Shown here one piece after another: positions 35,801 to 37,646 of a stretch of 37,646 bases of DNA. This DNA comes from a virus. Lineage: Duplodnaviria > Caudoviricetes. The DNA lies in the IMG/VR virus record IMGVR_UViG_3300013004_000008, positions 1 through 37,646 of that record; one strand, 5' to 3'. The notes under the pieces are model-generated. The model did no database searches and was not told the DNA's origin. It saw nothing but the letters and a program-made list of their open reading frames with translations. Made by a program: the position numbers and the translations under genes. How positions within the stretch are numbered: the stretch's first letter is position 1; every line of letters begins with the position of its first letter.

Positions 35801-37646
35801 GAGTTTGTGGATGAGGAGACCTTCTCGACCATGACTCCCGCCCAGGTAACCCCACAAGGCAAGCGTCACGCGGAGCTTGAGGACAAGTTCAACGCAGGGA
35901 CGATCACCGAGGAGGAGACTGCGGAGGCGCAACGGTTGGTGGATGAGCGTGCGAAGAATGCGGGATATAATCAAGAAGCTTGGCATTATAGCGAGCGGAA
36001 GTTTAAAGCCTTTGATATTGATTTCGCCAGAACGGCTAGCGACATTCAGGCTTTCTTTTTCAAGGATGTCAAAGATCCGAATAAAGAGTACGGGCGGAAT
36101 GAATATCACGTTTATCTAAAATTAGAAAATCCCGCGACATACGCTCAGGCGGTAGAGGGTTTCTCCCCAGCCGAAACTGACGACGCTGGAATCCGCCAAC
36201 GCAACAAACTGATTCAACAGGGTTTTGATGGGGCTATCGTTTCCCGCGAAGACGGTGGCATGGATTACGCGGAAATTATTGCCTTCAACCCCAACCAAAT
36301 CAAATCCGCAGATCCCTTCACCGGAGTCCCGCTCGATCAACGGTTTGACCAGACGAGGGATGAGATCACGTTCTCGACCATCTCAGACTTCTCCAACTCC
36401 CGCGCAATCCCAGCCAATGCCGACACTGTCACCGTCCTGCCAGACGGTGCGCGCCTAGTTGGTCCGACGACCTTCTCGATCATGTCCTTCCACGGGACTC
36501 CGCACAAGATCGATCCGCGTGAAGGGTTCCGCATGGACAAAATCGGGACCGGGGAGGGGGCGCAAGCCTACGGGTGGGGGCTTTATTTTGCTGATTCAAT
36601 AGCTGTCGCTAAAGAATATCAAGAAATTCTTGCAGGAGCAAACAATCGCAGCTTGGGAGTGCAAGGTGAGGGCAAGTATATAGTTATTGAGGAGCAATAT
36701 GGCGATTTTGCTATTGGATTCCGCAAAAGTGAGCGCATGTCTAGGCAAACTGGACTTGCTGTAGAAATATATAAATCTGGTTTTGATTCATTGTCAGAAG
36801 CTTTAGATTGGGCAAAAAATAAAAAGTGGATAACCTCCAATGCAAAATTGGCTTTATATGGAAACAATGGATTTGAACAAGCAAACGAAAATGACGTGTT
36901 TTCAGAAGGCGCGCAGATTGTTGCTTATGATCCAGGCAACCTCTACACCGTCGAACTCTTGCCAAATGAAGAGGATTTGTTGGATTGGGACAAGCCTTTG
37001 AGTGAGCAAAGCGAAAAAGTGAAGGCGGCGATTCTCAAGATCATGGCTGGCGGCGATCAGGACTTGGAGGCGATTTTGGATCTGTCGCCAGATGGCATGA
37101 TGATGATGGGAATGATTCCATCGGCCAAAGGCTCTGCCGCATACGCAACCATAGGTGATCCTCAAAAAGCATCTGAGCGACTCCTTGCCGCAGGCATCCC
37201 CGGCATCCGCTACCTCGACGGCAATTCTCGCAATACTGGTGAAGGCACTTACAACTACGTCATCTTCGACGATAAGCTGATCAAGATCATTGAGGAAAAT
37301 GGCGTGCGTGTAGATGAGGGTTCGACCTTCTCGACCATCACGCCAGATCCTAGCGAGCATGTTTTTGAAGCTGTATATCTCAAACATGAGAAACGGTTTA
37401 AAAAAGCAATTCGCGATGGTCGAGCCAGGTTAGGAGTTTCGATTGAGCAGTTCATTAAGAAAGCAGTTCTGCTGCACCAACCGGACACGGCAGTTTCTGG
37501 ATCGGTCGCCTTTGCAGGCGAGGAGGTTGTCGTTGGGCAAGGCGGGGTCTATTACCCGCTTTTGTTTGATGCTCTAAACTATTTCTGGGCGTCTACTGAA
37601 AATGCCGCAAAGGGAATGGCGGAACGTCTTAACGAAATTTCCAGAG
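32861..37646 (+). CDS. N-terminal part of the giant polyvalent/ejection protein (~3238 aa in total, continues at 3-5054)
   Basis: ATG 2 nt after the previous stop (MPISQLELDEAIAL...). No stop was met in the parts I translated, and its absence from the ORF track fits a frame running off the end. Contains two ADP-ribosyltransferase-like modules at about 35840-36367 and 36485-37324. Confidence 0.9.
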   Translation, partial: MPISQLELDEAIALSEQNPNDLELAEAAITISDAFKFEKQQRQDVTRTLFTDPNHGLSSDQLSDLTNMVNGDEERKYKLFNKRYFEEFGGLPKDQVDLNIDQLINAYGVQEFKKPISTHKEFHDAIKGDFLAEDQVAAMAREFTLAKMGPLDSEAQFRERMESVPGYAGREAKWGHEFFRIKDSFESRLDPHRTTVKLLSASLKQREGVGADRSTLEAATTAREEMLAAPSFEEMTQLVMGVPAEDRKLVIAAAIAESANDEAGRKSVLQGLLESFDRGVEGGVANIKGTASRSVSIAIQRDIENGVEVPVGKEASPEEYLEAVRLRVLGGEAYELQAGVMGAVAGKQFATPSEEVKQQALKFAKDEFEVGELADELRSAAQNQIDPITSDFIAVRGLYSAAQSLPYLATSLARGGFALNSMALAGDSYRSLRERNPTMTAEQAQTISMIAGPAQAYVEQISGKLLTSRLPAFNRYFNQIIGTTGSIPARFLARTPAILGAEMVQENVQDITPFVVQGALSALSEDMPNVPVELLYKEMLAQQPELFFAVLPLAIMGGGAGAYSDFRNGRELLSSYDELRAQGVSEARAAEIRSLAVRGDLDGAQSLLREEFKTLGQDQKSVQEARAEAIPKLVAEQKAALKAMQDGIDIDILPAILNERGKWTLRYKNGETTQYETHKEAMERFDAIASSALVSMHIDQVAAARLTTSQIEEGREIKFILSPLRPTTEEIQAQGVATEEQLAKRKEIEELDKGITPKDEERRAQVLAGMAANSSEARVASSYVLGSSQNTEAAPDSFGDRVIRTTARLYAGATAFTVIEETAEGDVKFMLQEGGIPRKWLISALRQWESTTGDALFRKSITDDTQVENQDIVEAYSKMVVSYFAGRAKAGDQGRIFSKEFRKEIADALRGDMGAVMSGYGSFYEAVYRRAAMIEKARKEGTLPADLESFLAKSAGMSPQKVFEREVVKEGEGIAEDMGVEFVDEETFSTMTPAQVTPQGKRHAELEDKFNAGTITEEETAEAQRLVDERAKNAGYNQEAWHYSERKFKAFDIDFARTASDIQAFFFKDVKDPNKEYGRNEYHVYLKLENPATYAQAVEGFSPAETDDAGIRQRNKLIQQGFDGAIVSREDGGMDYAEIIAFNPNQIKSADPFTGVPLDQRFDQTRDEITFSTISDFSNSRAIPANADTVTVLPDGARLVGPTTFSIMSFHGTPHKIDPREGFRMDKIGTGEGAQAYGWGLYFADSIAVAKEYQEILAGANNRSLGVQGEGKYIVIEEQYGDFAIGFRKSERMSRQTGLAVEIYKSGFDSLSEALDWAKNKKWITSNAKLALYGNNGFEQANENDVFSEGAQIVAYDPGNLYTVELLPNEEDLLDWDKPLSEQSEKVKAAILKIMAGGDQDLEAILDLSPDGMMMMGMIPSAKGSAAYATIGDPQKASERLLAAGIPGIRYLDGNSRNTGEGTYNYVIFDDKLIKIIEENGVRVDEGSTFSTITPDPSEHVFEAVYLKHEKRFKKAIRDGRARLGVSIEQFIKKAVLLHQPDTAVSGSVAFAGEEVVVGQGGVYYPLLFDALNYFWASTENAAKGMAERLNEISR
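37524..37646. repeat. Terminal direct repeat, right copy
   Basis: Identical to 1-123. Confidence 0.97.

Noticed and set aside
33005-37488. Long minus-strand ORFs (for example 34262-34951, 35201-36109) as real genes
   Set aside because: They are antisense shadows of the giant + strand ORF that the track missed, and have no recognisable motifs.
37524-37646. 123 bp terminal repeat as a biological DTR
   Set aside because: It falls in the middle of a coding frame and is an exact overlap, which is better explained by circular assembly.
1-37646. Alternative genetic code or stop-codon reassignment
   Set aside because: Standard-code ORFs tile the genome almost without gaps and core genes are full length.

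Overview
The window is an apparently complete, circularly assembled ~37.5 kb phage genome: bases 1-123 are identical to 37524-37646, giving a unit length of 37,523 bp. Essentially all credible genes are on the + strand. It combines a podovirus-type virion module (TerS, TerL, portal, scaffold, capsid, tail tubular proteins A/B, ejection proteins) with lambdoid-style replication and recombination genes (Bet, YqaJ exonuclease, initiator with iterons, DnaC-like loader), a holin plus CHAP endolysin, a PAPS-reductase-like gene and one tRNA(CAU). I saw no integrase, DNA or RNA polymerase, or reverse transcriptase. Main observations: (1) an unusual tail, with tail tubular protein A duplicated and the second copy fused to an ~820 aa fibre across a G8 tract, a T7-gp17-like fibre adaptor reduced to a fibreless 140 aa stub, and ~300 aa of tandem fibre-type repeats inserted in the nozzle protein; (2) a ~3238 aa polyvalent protein, only partly shown in the ORF track because it spans the join, whose enzyme-like modules are bounded by a recurring TFS(T) / ACCTTCTCGACC linker; (3) two phased TAACG arrays, one in front of and one inside the initiator gene; (4) a bipartite TTGNNN-N7/8-TTTGACG motif ahead of four late gene blocks; (5) a tandem stem-loop repeat in the capsid leader. 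All family assignments come from recognising motifs by eye, not from database searches.
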